Shown: in pieces, positions 1 through 8,755 of the stretch
Layout: each line of letters opens with the position of its first letter
Numbering within the stretch: the stretch's first letter is position 1
Assembly: GCA_048884965.1 (NCBI GenBank)
Contig: JBHLQH010000038.1
Location: 1-20,703, forward strand
DNA: 20,703 nt
Source of the DNA: Candidatus Thorarchaeota archaeon
Lineage (GTDB): Archaea > Asgardarchaeota > Thorarchaeia > Thorarchaeales > Thorarchaeaceae
Direction of reading: 5' to 3'
Translations under genes and position numbers: made by a program
The notes under the pieces: generated by a model
What the model was told of the DNA's origin: nothing
Seen by the model: only the letters and a program-made list of their open reading frames with translations
Database searches by the model: none

Positions 1-152
1 ATCCCATTTCCTAAAACCTGTTCTACCTTTGTAGCAATAATTCTAAGTCGCTAAAAGACTCGTCAAGAATATTGCTATAGTGGTATGGAAATTGCGGAGA
101 GGAGGATAGCTTCAACTCTCAATTACAGCTATCCCATTCTCCTGCTTCCTAT

Positions 153-2291
153 TCAAGACCCCTTCCTAGTGCTCAGGAACGCTCCGATGCCCATGATCAG
201 AGCGACAACCGCAATTGCGATTCCAGCAGTAGATATAAGGAATCCAAAGTTGCCTATTTCTACAGGTTGCGTAGGTGTTGTAGATGTATCTGTTCCATCA
301 CTTGGAGTCTCAACCACTGTTACTGTGAACTCTGCTGAGCAGTAGTTGCCATTAGGATCATAAGCCTTGACCTCAAGGTCGTATGTTCCAGCTGCAAGGA
401 CGCCGTCATTCGTGATGACACCGTTCTCATCAATAACGAAAGATGATGAGCCTGTGAGATTCCATGAAGCTATACCTGATGCATCCCATGCACCAACTTG
501 CAGATAGAAGTCTTCTCCCTCCTCAATAGAGGTATCATGAGGCAAGACAATCCACGTCGGATTTGCAGTGTCAACTTCTTCTTCCCCAACAATCACGTAG
601 AATTGTGCATTTGCTGTATTATCATGATTATCATAGACTGTGATAGATAGAGGATATGCACCAGGTGCTAGCAATGAAATCCCCTCTATCGTTCCTATAC
701 TGGTGTCAGCATAGGAAGACTCTGATAGGGCGAAATCATCGGTATCACTGATGGTCCAATGACTGATACCTGAAAGATCCCATGCAATCATTTGGAACTC
801 GATCGATTCTCCATAATCATAGGTTTTGTTCTTAACTTGTGAAACCCACGTAGGATTCACAGTATCGTCCACCTGGACTGAAAAACTCGCCTCCACTGAC
901 ATCTCATAAATGTTCGTCACCGTGATGATAAGGGGATAGGTGCCAACTTCAAGGGGTTCCTTACTGGAGATCGTCCCCATATCAGATATGATGAATGATG
1001 CTTCGTTGCTAATTTGCCAGTCTGTGATTGGAATGGAGCTAGTGATATCAAGGTCGTAGTTTAAGCTCTCTCCATATTCCACATATTGGTCCTCAGGCGC
1101 GGAGTCCCAAGTAGGATATGATGGTTCATGTACGAGTGGGTGATAATCATAGACATCATCTGCAAGGCAGAAATGCGGATGAGGTGTATCACCAAATCCA
1201 TCACCATTGAAATCAGGTCCCGCATAGTTGTCATAGAAGTTGTATTCAACTACATTGAGAACATCATAGAAGTGGACATGTCGTACCCCAGAATTCTTCA
1301 TAATATTCCAGTTGAACACATTGTACTGAGAGGAACTCCCAAACCATATCGCACGTTCAACACTGTCCGTGATAAGGCAGAATTCAATGTAGTTATATGA
1401 TGCAGAGGTAACAGTAATTCCTTGATCATTCGAATTCATTGTGCAATTGCTGACTGTGCAGTTCGAGGAGTGTGATAGATAAATCCCGTAGTAGTTGTTT
1501 GTACAGTTATTCCTTGATAGGGTCATGTTATCGCAATAATCAATACTAATTCCGTATGTACCTGTATTTACGATTACATTTTCCGATATTATCGTGTCGT
1601 GTGAAATATATGTGTACAATCCATGAGTTAAGCAATCTGTGATTGTGTTATTAGTAATCTCACAAAGAAACGTATCCCATATATGGTATCCCCATGTGCC
1701 AGCATTTACAGTGTTTCCTGTTATAATTGAGTTATTCAAAGTCAACGACACTATTCCTGATGCTTGTGATGTTGCATCTATTTCGTTATTCTCTACTAAG
1801 ATATGCCCTCCCTCTAGATAGATGCCATTATAGCTCTCTGCAATGCTATTATTTGATATCACTCCATTGATTACATTCTCTAACCAAATCGCAGCTCTTC
1901 CAGTAGCAGATGCTCTTGTGAGATTGCAATCTCTTATGATGAAGTGAACGTCTGTGTTGGATATCTGGATACAGTTACCATCGTCACTATCGCGATCAAT
2001 GAAGTAATTCTCGATGATGTATGGATAGCTGGCAGAGCCATTGCCTTCCCAAGACTCTGCTTCTGCAGTTTCCTTGAAATCCTGATTTCCATCAATCTTT
2101 ATGGGACCATGGTCGTCCCATGCTCCTGTTCTTTTGACTATTAGATTCCGTAATATTCTCTCAGTATCATTCTGCTCAGCCCCTCGAGATATTGCTTCAT
2201 GGTGGTTAGTGGTTTGGGGAATGGATGCAAATATTAGAGTAACGAGAAGGGCTGAAAGCAGAAAGGATACTACCTTTCTCTTTTTCATCAT
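153..2291 (-). CDS. Membrane-anchored cell-surface protein: signal peptide, NosD/pectin-lyase-like right-handed beta-helix, three Ig/cadherin-like repeats, S/T linker, C-terminal TM helix
   Basis: 712 aa ORF. Basic plus hydrophobic N-terminus (MMKKRKVVSFLLSALLVTLIFA); Asn-rich beta-helix rungs (NNSI/GIYL/NNTI); 'YDNYAGPDFNGDGFGDTP' motif; three ~90 aa modules starting PTW (PTWDSAPED, PTWVSQVKN, PTWIVLPHD); C-terminal hydrophobic helix followed by RK. Confidence 0.85.
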   Translation of the reverse strand: MMKKRKVVSFLLSALLVTLIFASIPQTTNHHEAISRGAEQNDTERILRNLIVKRTGAWDDHGPIKIDGNQDFKETAEAESWEGNGSASYPYIIENYFIDRDSDDGNCIQISNTDVHFIIRDCNLTRASATGRAAIWLENVINGVISNNSIAESYNGIYLEGGHILVENNEIDATSQASGIVSLTLNNSIITGNTVNAGTWGYHIWDTFLCEITNNTITDCLTHGLYTYISHDTIISENVIVNTGTYGISIDYCDNMTLSRNNCTNNYYGIYLSHSSNCTVSNCTMNSNDQGITVTSASYNYIEFCLITDSVERAIWFGSSSQYNVFNWNIMKNSGVRHVHFYDVLNVVEYNFYDNYAGPDFNGDGFGDTPHPHFCLADDVYDYHPLVHEPSYPTWDSAPEDQYVEYGESLNYDLDITSSIPITDWQISNEASFIISDMGTISSKEPLEVGTYPLIITVTNIYEMSVEASFSVQVDDTVNPTWVSQVKNKTYDYGESIEFQMIAWDLSGISHWTISDTDDFALSESSYADTSIGTIEGISLLAPGAYPLSITVYDNHDNTANAQFYVIVGEEEVDTANPTWIVLPHDTSIEEGEDFYLQVGAWDASGIASWNLTGSSSFVIDENGVITNDGVLAAGTYDLEVKAYDPNGNYCSAEFTVTVVETPSDGTDTSTTPTQPVEIGNFGFLISTAGIAIAVVALIMGIGAFLSTRKGS

Positions 2292-2404
2292 CTCTTGTCT
2301 TCCCCTGTGATAACCACACGCGAACTGCTACACATACGGCACTTTTAGTAATAAGCCATTTGTACAAGTGATTATTCGACTAAATTCCATATCCTTCCAT
2401 TCTT

Positions 2405-3229
2405 CTAGTTGCTCTTCATATATTTACCTGCCAACTCAACCAGTTTCTTGACACGCTGCTCACTTGTCATGTCAAAAAGGATGAGTGCGGGGGCTGAGAG
2501 GATCATAAGAATGATAGGCATAGGGATAAGGAAAGCTGGAATTGAGATGTGGACATCGGACGAGAGTGCGATTAATGCGAATGTGTAGAAGCCAATTATA
2601 GCACCAACTCCTGCATACCCTCCAAATATAGATCTATACCATCCACCAACGCTCCTCGTTTCAGCAGGTCCCGATGAAATGTCATCAGTTTCTTTAGTCT
2701 GATAAATTAGTCCCGTTTCAAGTAAGAGCCATACCCCCGAGAAGAGTCCTGTGGAGATTGTAATTGTGAATATCAGCAATAGGATGAGCGTTACAAAAGG
2801 CCATGAAGCATCAGCTGCGCCACCCGGACTACCCAGCCAAGCAGGATCGAGGAGCCATGCTTTGATCTCTGGCATGGTCGCGAAGTTCAGTGCAATACTG
2901 ATCGCCATGAGCGAGGGGTAGAACGCACGTTTGAAACCTTTGAATCCTATTTGCTCCGAACCTGTTTTAATATCATAGACCTTCTTCCGAGTAACAAGTG
3001 TTGCATGAAGGACTAGGAGCACAGGTCCCAGAATCCACCCAAGCACTATTCCCACTAAGGTGCCAACAATAAGTGATATGAAGATTAGAATCGCTTGGAT
3101 TGACAGCGAGTTGAAGGGAAATAGCGTCGTGAATGCCGGTTCAGTAATCGGTCCCACCAAAAAGAAGATGGATACTACTACTAGAAATACAAAGGTTACC
3201 AAAAGAGGTTTGATATAGTTACCTGCCAC
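2405..3229 (-). CDS. Multi-pass membrane protein of unknown function (about 6 TM helices)
   Basis: 274 aa ORF with several long hydrophobic segments; GTG start preceded by a GGAGG RBS on the minus strand. Confidence 0.8.
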   Translation of the reverse strand: MAGNYIKPLLVTFVFLVVVSIFFLVGPITEPAFTTLFPFNSLSIQAILIFISLIVGTLVGIVLGWILGPVLLVLHATLVTRKKVYDIKTGSEQIGFKGFKRAFYPSLMAISIALNFATMPEIKAWLLDPAWLGSPGGAADASWPFVTLILLLIFTITISTGLFSGVWLLLETGLIYQTKETDDISSGPAETRSVGGWYRSIFGGYAGVGAIIGFYTFALIALSSDVHISIPAFLIPMPIILMILSAPALILFDMTSEQRVKKLVELAGKYMKSN

Positions 3230-3342
3230 AGAGATTTCCTCCTGCGTATTTAACCAAGTACTTGCGAAGGACCTCCCTTTATCCTTTGGGAATTCGATGA
3301 CGCTCTCTAATCAGGAGCTCTCAAAACTCTGAATCTCTCAAT

Positions 3343-3350
3343 CTTTAAAT
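3343..3350 (+). promoter_or_regulatory. Candidate archaeal TATA box for the flavodoxin gene
   Basis: CTTTAAAT about 45 nt upstream of the TTG start, in a divergent intergenic region. Confidence 0.35.
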
Positions 3351-3392
3351 CCCGCTTTCATCATGGTATATTCAGTTCATGTGGTGTAATCA

Positions 3393-3857
3393 TTGAAAAA
3401 TGTACTAGTTGTATTTGACTCGAAATTTGGAAATACTGAGAAACTTGCCAGAGAGATCGCTTCTGGGATTGATGAGACCGGACTGGCCAGTGCTCAGGTC
3501 ATCAATATTGATGACGTGGAGAATCTCGACATATCAAGCTTTGATGGAGTCCTCTTCGGGGCTCCAATACATGCCTTTCGAGCGACCAGTGGCATAAAAC
3601 GCGCTGTCAAAACAGCTGCAAAGCTGGGCTTGGATGATAAGCTGGTGGGTGCCTTTGATACATACATGGCTCCAGGGCATGTCGGAAAATGTGCTGGACA
3701 GATCGAAGGAGAGTTGAAGAAGAAGGCAAAGGGTGCCAGACTCTATTCAAGGTATCTTTCGTCACGCGTTGATGGGTATGAAGGACCTCTCAATGAAGCC
3801 GAACCGGCAAAAGCACGAGCATTCGGAAAGGAATTTGCTACTGAGCTATCTCAATAA
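3393..3857 (+). CDS. Flavodoxin-family protein
   Basis: N-terminal FMN phosphate-binding loop VVFDSKFGNTEKLA; LFGAP and GAFDTY segments of the flavodoxin fold; TTG start after GGTG. Confidence 0.9.
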   Translation: MKNVLVVFDSKFGNTEKLAREIASGIDETGLASAQVINIDDVENLDISSFDGVLFGAPIHAFRATSGIKRAVKTAAKLGLDDKLVGAFDTYMAPGHVGKCAGQIEGELKKKAKGARLYSRYLSSRVDGYEGPLNEAEPAKARAFGKEFATELSQ

Positions 3858-3870
3858 TGCAGTGACTGAT

Positions 3871-4578
3871 TCACCAATCCATGGATGCTCTAGGATTCAG
3901 TATTGCCACTCTGAGTTCGAGGTCCTTAGAGGTCCTGAAAGTCTCCTCAGTGTACTCTAGGGTATCATATTCCCCTATCACCACGACCCTAATTGGTCTT
4001 GTACTCTCTTCTTTGAAGACCTCGATGATCCTTTCGAAGGCTCTCTCAGCTTCAAATCTCACTTGTGGTTCTGCGATAGCATCCAGTACGCCTTGTGGGG
4101 GGTCTTTTCCTTCGTTCTTGAATGCATAGATGGTGATCAATAGCACTAGCACCATGATAATCACAAAGCCAGATACCATAACTGGAAACGCAATCTCTGT
4201 TGGTATGATGCCAAACAATCTGAGGAATTCCAGTGCTAGCAAGGCTACTATACCAATAAGTGAACCAAGGATTGTAATCGATATGAACCACCTTGTCCAT
4301 GTTGATACCTCTGGAGTTAGTTTTTCAGAGAGAGCTGAGGAAAAAGACCTTCTAAGTTCTGGATCAAATTTACCAAGTACATTCAGGGCTGACCCGTATG
4401 CTATCATTCCCGATTGCGAGTACACTTCTGGAACCTTGGTATCCTTAATCTTCCCGAAATCCGCATACCCCTGTTGAATCATATCCAGAAACTGAAGCGC
4501 CCTAGAGATGTTCAAGCTATTCACACCCCTCACTTCAAAGGTCGTCTGTTCCACCTTTTTCCTAGATGCCATAGTCAC
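3871..4578 (-). CDS. Hypothetical membrane protein with a central two-TM hairpin and soluble N- and C-terminal regions
   Basis: 235 aa ORF; two hydrophobic stretches (WFISITILGSLIGIVALLAL; IAFPVMVSGFVIIMVLVLLITIYAF). Start may be the ATG at 4572. Confidence 0.75.
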   Translation of the reverse strand: MTMASRKKVEQTTFEVRGVNSLNISRALQFLDMIQQGYADFGKIKDTKVPEVYSQSGMIAYGSALNVLGKFDPELRRSFSSALSEKLTPEVSTWTRWFISITILGSLIGIVALLALEFLRLFGIIPTEIAFPVMVSGFVIIMVLVLLITIYAFKNEGKDPPQGVLDAIAEPQVRFEAERAFERIIEVFKEESTRPIRVVVIGEYDTLEYTEETFRTSKDLELRVAILNPRASMDW

Positions 4579-4699
4579 TCAGTGATACTCTAGATTGAAA
4601 GAAAATAACCTCTTGCTCATGGAGTTCTACACTAGCAAGGTAACCATATCTGAATCCTTTTTACATCTGAAACCTCACAATAGCTATCTGGTGCTAATA

Positions 4700-4852
4700 A
4701 TGGACAAGGATCATCTACACAACTGCGACCTCGTTGAACAAGACGATCACGACGAGATTAAGAGAAGATCTAGCGATGCCCAATGGAAGTGCAAGGAATG
4801 TGGTCATGTATCCTACAAAAAGGAGCATCTTTGTGAGCCTGTGGATCTATAG
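4700..4852 (+). CDS. Small (50 aa) Cys/His-rich putative zinc-binding protein
   Basis: ATG at 4700 with GGTG RBS at 4690-4693. Sequence MDKDHLHNCDL...WKCKECGHVSYKKEHLCEPVDL (HxHxC, CxxC, HLC). The 4595 TTG start in the track is probably an over-extension. Confidence 0.75.
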   Translation: MDKDHLHNCDLVEQDDHDEIKRRSSDAQWKCKECGHVSYKKEHLCEPVDL

Positions 4853-4854
4853 CT

Positions 4855-5184
4855 TCATTCCTTCTGTTTCTTCGGACTTACTCGGATACGTGATATCTCT
4901 TCTGGCTCTTCGTAGATGTCTGCCCATTGATCCTTAGTTAGGATGTCCTTGAGCTTGTCCTTACCGCCCTTCTTCATTCGCTCGCTCGCATACGTGAGTC
5001 GCTTCACTTTGACTGGAGAATCAGGATGGTCAAATCTATCCTTCTCGTATTTTCGAAGGGTTATTTCCAAGTATTCATGCAGATGCTCTAGCTGATCCTC
5101 AATGGCATCTCTTTCTTTGTCCAGCTTGTAGTACTTCTCGCATATCTCAAGCATCTCTTCCTCGAACTTCTCTTGAATACTCAT
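4855..5184 (-). CDS. Hypothetical protein with an N-terminal coiled coil
   Basis: 109 aa, highly charged, heptad-like N-terminal half; GAGGT RBS upstream of the ATG on the minus strand. Confidence 0.75.
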   Translation of the reverse strand: MSIQEKFEEEMLEICEKYYKLDKERDAIEDQLEHLHEYLEITLRKYEKDRFDHPDSPVKVKRLTYASERMKKGGKDKLKDILTKDQWADIYEEPEEISRIRVSPKKQKE

Positions 5185-5284
5185 TGTTGGAACCTCTCAG
5201 TATCTTGGAACGGTTGCTGTGATAAAAATGGTTCCATACTTTGGAATTGATGCATTCTCACATATTCCTGACCGAAGCGAATTG

Positions 5285-5317
5285 AAAATAAAAGGATGGA
5301 CGGGATTTGACCCGTCC
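5285..5317 (-). terminator. Hairpin plus T-rich tract downstream of the caspase-family gene
   Basis: GGACGGG (5298-5304) and CCCGTCC (5311-5317) form a 7-bp stem with a 6-nt loop, followed on the minus strand by CTTTTATTTT, about 25 nt after the stop codon. Confidence 0.5.
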
Positions 5318-5341
5318 GGCATCAGCGTCTTGTACCTCTCA

Positions 5342-6442
5342 CTAAAGTGTGAAGAGCTCAAAGATGTTGCCATCGAATTCTTGAGGTGTATCGCCTTTAT
5401 CATAGGGATAGTTGGAGAGGGCCCAGTCGAAGCACTGCTCCATGTTGGTGAAGCCCTGGCCAACCAGTCCTGCTTCTAGGAACCAGTAGGTCCATGCACC
5501 ATTGGAGTAGGTTGACACATCGTACCCATATCCATCATCAGTGCATGTGGTTGTCAAGTAGATGTTTGCACTGTTAGCATTCAACATGACTTCGTTCATT
5601 CCGCCAGAGTAGCAGTGGTCTAGGAAGATGAAGACCTCTGAAACTGCCGGCTCGAACGCTGCAGCAAGCTCCACATCCTTGAATGAGCCATCCTCGCCAT
5701 TCTGACCGACACCGTAATCCCAGAGGCATATGGTTTCACCACCTGAATAGGTAGTACCATGGCCTGAACTGGCATAGACGATGATGTCGTCTTCATCTGC
5801 GAGTCCGACGAAGTAGCTAAGAGCTGCCTTCACATTGTACTCTGTCGCATATCCATCCCACTGAGGATAGGAGTTCTTTCCATCTCCCAGCAAAATGATT
5901 GTGTAATCAAGTGCCGAGAGATAGTTGAACCAATCAGTGGCATCCTCATCACAATAGGTGAGATCATTGATGGCTGAATAGTCTGATATTCCCACAATGA
6001 GCGCATACCTATTCTGTCCTGGTGGCGGTGGTGGGTCTTCAACATTGTCAACTGTAACCGTCACACTTGCAGATGCAGAGAGACCTCCGCTATCAGTAGA
6101 TGATGCAGTGATTGTATGTGTTCCTTCAGCTGCGGCTGTGGTATCCCAATTGTACGAATTGGACGCCGCAACAACTGATCCGTCGATGCTTATCGTTGGG
6201 GTCAATACACCGTCCTGTGCGTCTGTTACTGAAGCCAAGATGGTAACGACACCTGAAACAGTGGCGAAGTTCATCGGCTCAGAAATAGTCACAACCGGAG
6301 CGGTATTCCTCCACCGCCCACCTGGGGCTTTGGTGGCGCCACGGCTCTCGTTCGCTGCCGCTACGTCCACAACTGGCCCAACAACGAATGCTAGACCAAA
6401 TAGAACAAGCAAGCATAGTCCTAAGATTGTAGTTCTTCTCAC
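5342..6442 (-). CDS. Secreted caspase-family (peptidase C14, metacaspase-like) protease with an N-terminal Ig-like domain
   Basis: Signal peptide (RRTTILGLCLLVLFGLAFVVGPVVDVAAA); Ig-like domain (APVVTISEP...VTVTVDN); Pro linker; C14 motifs RYALIVGISDY, DLTYCDEDA, SSGHG (catalytic His) and FLDHCYSGG (catalytic Cys). GTG at 6442 preferred as start; the ORF extends to 6472. Confidence 0.9.
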   Translation of the reverse strand: MRRTTILGLCLLVLFGLAFVVGPVVDVAAANESRGATKAPGGRWRNTAPVVTISEPMNFATVSGVVTILASVTDAQDGVLTPTISIDGSVVAASNSYNWDTTAAAEGTHTITASSTDSGGLSASASVTVTVDNVEDPPPPPGQNRYALIVGISDYSAINDLTYCDEDATDWFNYLSALDYTIILLGDGKNSYPQWDGYATEYNVKAALSYFVGLADEDDIIVYASSGHGTTYSGGETICLWDYGVGQNGEDGSFKDVELAAAFEPAVSEVFIFLDHCYSGGMNEVMLNANSANIYLTTTCTDDGYGYDVSTYSNGAWTYWFLEAGLVGQGFTNMEQCFDWALSNYPYDKGDTPQEFDGNIFELFTL

Positions 6443-6478
6443 AGTAAATCCATCCAGAGAACCTCTGTGCAAGAGCCG

Positions 6479-6518
6479 TATAAAAGAAAACCAACATATA
6501 AGTATTCTTTCTTTTATA
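6479..6518. promoter_or_regulatory. Perfect 11-bp inverted repeat overlapping the AT-rich promoter region of the caspase gene
   Basis: TATAAAAGAAA (6479-6489) and TTTCTTTTATA (6508-6518), 18-nt spacer. Confidence 0.4.
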
Positions 6519-6622
6519 AAAACGTGGATTCAGCTCGTTCCTTATCTATTCTATCTGATATGTTGCTATCACATTCGCGAATTCCATTTCCTGTAGAAAA
6601 CAAGGGTGTAGTCAATCTTGAA

Positions 6623-7792
6623 TCAGTGATTCGATTCTTGATCTTTGCGCATCCTCTTCAGGTCCAGCTCATCAACATGTCCTCGAATCTCCTTTCCTAC
6701 TAAATCGATTTGAGATCGTAGGTCCTCGATTTGCCTGCTTCGTCTCGTTAGCTGATCCTTTCTCCTCTGATCGACCTTTGTATACTCCGCATATGCGTCC
6801 GACCATTCTTGTCGAGTTGCTGCAAGCTGCTGCTTCAGATGTTCATACATGATCTTCTTGACATGCACCGTGTTCTTCAAGGTAACAAGCTGTTTTTCAA
6901 GCTCTGAGATCTCCTCTGAGAGCGCGTCCTCAGTTATTTTGAGCTCTTCTCGCAATAGTGCCAACTGGCTCATTGCTTCGCCGACCTGTGTTCCCTTGGT
7001 ATATTCAGTGTCGATGGTCATTGATGTGACTGGGTCCAGATCGGGCTGGAGCGCTCTGGCTTCGTTTGAAGCGGCTACGACTACAGTGTCATTTTCTGCA
7101 ACTGGTTCGGTATGGCTTTGAGGTGCCGCGTATTGAATTGGCTCTTCAGCGGTTGTTTCCGAGAGATCTATCTTGGTTGAGGGGCTTGGCGTTGGTTGTG
7201 GCTCGGGTTTTGCAGGAGCAATATCCTCTATCCCGAGCATCATCTTCGCTAGCTCCCTGAAGGCCTTGTCTATATTATCCCCAGTGAGTGCGGAGGTTTC
7301 AATGAAATACGCAGGGACTCGCATCTCAAGGCTGATATCCTCGGTGAATTTGATTCCTTCATCCGTTGTGACTGTTTCCTCTTTGGAATATCGTGCGCGC
7401 AAGTCCGTCTTGTTGCCAGCAATGATGAGCGGTGGTAGCTTTCCCATGAATCCTTTAGCTTCCACGAGCCATTGTCTTGCATTGTCAAATGACTCCCGAT
7501 TGACAACCGAATAGACTAGGATCAATCCATGGGCACCATCATAGTATCTCTTTCGCAGGTTCTGAAAGAGTGGTTGTCCAGCTATATCCCATATGATGAG
7601 ATCAGTCATATATTGCCTATAAGTGACAGTCTTCCGTGCAAAATCGACACCCAGTGTAGGGATATAGTTAGTCTTGAAGGACTTGTCTAGGAACTTCCTT
7701 CTGGCACTTGTTTTACCAACATATCCGTCACCAATTAGACATATTTTGAATTGCCTACGAATTGTGCCACTCATTGCGATCTCTTGCTCCAT
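6623..7792 (-). CDS. Rab-like small GTPase fused to a Pro/Thr/Glu-rich linker and a C-terminal coiled coil
   Basis: G1 GDGYVGKTS, G2 YIPTLGVDF, G3 WDIAGQ, G4 NKTD, G5 ETSAL; RabF-like LGVDF and YYDGA; about 115 aa heptad-rich C-terminus; no C-terminal Cys prenylation motif. Confidence 0.92.
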   Translation of the reverse strand: MEQEIAMSGTIRRQFKICLIGDGYVGKTSARRKFLDKSFKTNYIPTLGVDFARKTVTYRQYMTDLIIWDIAGQPLFQNLRKRYYDGAHGLILVYSVVNRESFDNARQWLVEAKGFMGKLPPLIIAGNKTDLRARYSKEETVTTDEGIKFTEDISLEMRVPAYFIETSALTGDNIDKAFRELAKMMLGIEDIAPAKPEPQPTPSPSTKIDLSETTAEEPIQYAAPQSHTEPVAENDTVVVAASNEARALQPDLDPVTSMTIDTEYTKGTQVGEAMSQLALLREELKITEDALSEEISELEKQLVTLKNTVHVKKIMYEHLKQQLAATRQEWSDAYAEYTKVDQRRKDQLTRRSRQIEDLRSQIDLVGKEIRGHVDELDLKRMRKDQESNH

Positions 7793-7916
7793 ATTTCCAA
7801 GCCGGGGGCGCTTGGCGCATTTTTCTTATTCTCATAAGGATATATAGCGGTATTTATGATGCTATTTACTCGACTTTGAGTACCATAGCAAAAAAAGATA
7901 TCTTAGTCAATCTTTA

Positions 7917-8645
7917 CTATCTGTTTGATTTGCGCAAAATATAGATCACCCATGGGGGGATGTGCGCCTCATTGACCCATTTAATTGGCTCATCAGCTTT
8001 TCCTAAGGGTCTATACACCTTGATGACTTCCATCTGTGCGTCTGAATAGGTTTCTAGGTATGCATCATGTGTCCAGATCACATCTTCTACTGGACGTTTA
8101 TCATCGGTATCACACTGGATTATCCTCACAATGCCTCCGCTCCTCGCATGCCTATTCTCAGGGAAGTCCTTTGTTGAGAATGATGCCCATTCGTGGTAAT
8201 AGATCTCTGGCGAGGAAACCAGATTGATGAATACGCCATTCTCTTTCATCACCCTTGCCATTGCCTTGAGGTTCCTTACCTTCTGTTCCATGGTGGGAAT
8301 ATTATCAAATGGAAATGCTGCGAGGATGAGGTCAAAAGAAGAATCGTTGAACTGGGAGAAATCCGCCTCTTCTATCACACGATAGTCCCCGTGCAGGTCC
8401 AACTCCTTTGCTTTTCTTATCATGTTGTCTGATATATCCACTCCAATAGTATGAAAACCTATCTTCTGCAAGAACCTGGTCGATCGACCTGAGCCACACC
8501 CGAAGTCCAGTGCGGTCCTTCCTTGTACATGTTGGGAGATGATCGTAGGAAGATCCCTGTAGGCTAGATAGTAGGTCCCTGGGAATTCCATCTTTGAATA
8601 TGCTTCAGCTCGTTTATCATCCTCGTAGACATTAGAGAACTCCAA
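7917..8645 (-). CDS. Class I SAM-dependent methyltransferase
   Basis: Motif I ALDFGCGSGR, GVDIS and FDLIL motifs. TTG start at 8645 has a GAGGA RBS upstream and removes the overlap with the divergent MFS gene. Confidence 0.9.
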   Translation of the reverse strand: MEFSNVYEDDKRAEAYSKMEFPGTYYLAYRDLPTIISQHVQGRTALDFGCGSGRSTRFLQKIGFHTIGVDISDNMIRKAKELDLHGDYRVIEEADFSQFNDSSFDLILAAFPFDNIPTMEQKVRNLKAMARVMKENGVFINLVSSPEIYYHEWASFSTKDFPENRHARSGGIVRIIQCDTDDKRPVEDVIWTHDAYLETYSDAQMEVIKVYRPLGKADEPIKWVNEAHIPPWVIYILRKSNR

Positions 8646-8755
8646 CTTCGATTCCTCGTCATCGTACCAATATCCTTCGGATATATCAGTTATGACTTGA
8701 CCAAACGACCCGTCCCAACCCAATGATTTAACTATGGTTAAAGCAACGGAGAACC

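Noticed and set aside
5295-5320. Minus-strand GACGGGTCAAATCCCGTC resembles a tRNA T-arm or att-site fragment
   Set aside because: The loop is 6 nt (TCAAAT, not TTCAAAT), there are no D, anticodon or acceptor arms and no integrase nearby. Its position and T-tract fit a terminator better.
5997-6596. 199-aa plus-strand ORF, along with other antisense or alternate-frame ORFs such as 85-345, 4130-4477, 7173-7514, 12701-13132, 13469-13837, 19383-19589 and 20193-20399
   Set aside because: Shadow ORFs of well-supported genes, with no recognisable motifs. The two similar ORFs at 19383 and 20193 are simply frame-shifted reads of the LTD repeats.
5342-7792. Caspase plus NTPase as an anti-phage or cell-death system
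   Set aside because: The caspase has a signal peptide while the GTPase is cytoplasmic and Rab-like rather than STAND/NACHT. No gasdermin, TIR or CARF partner is visible.
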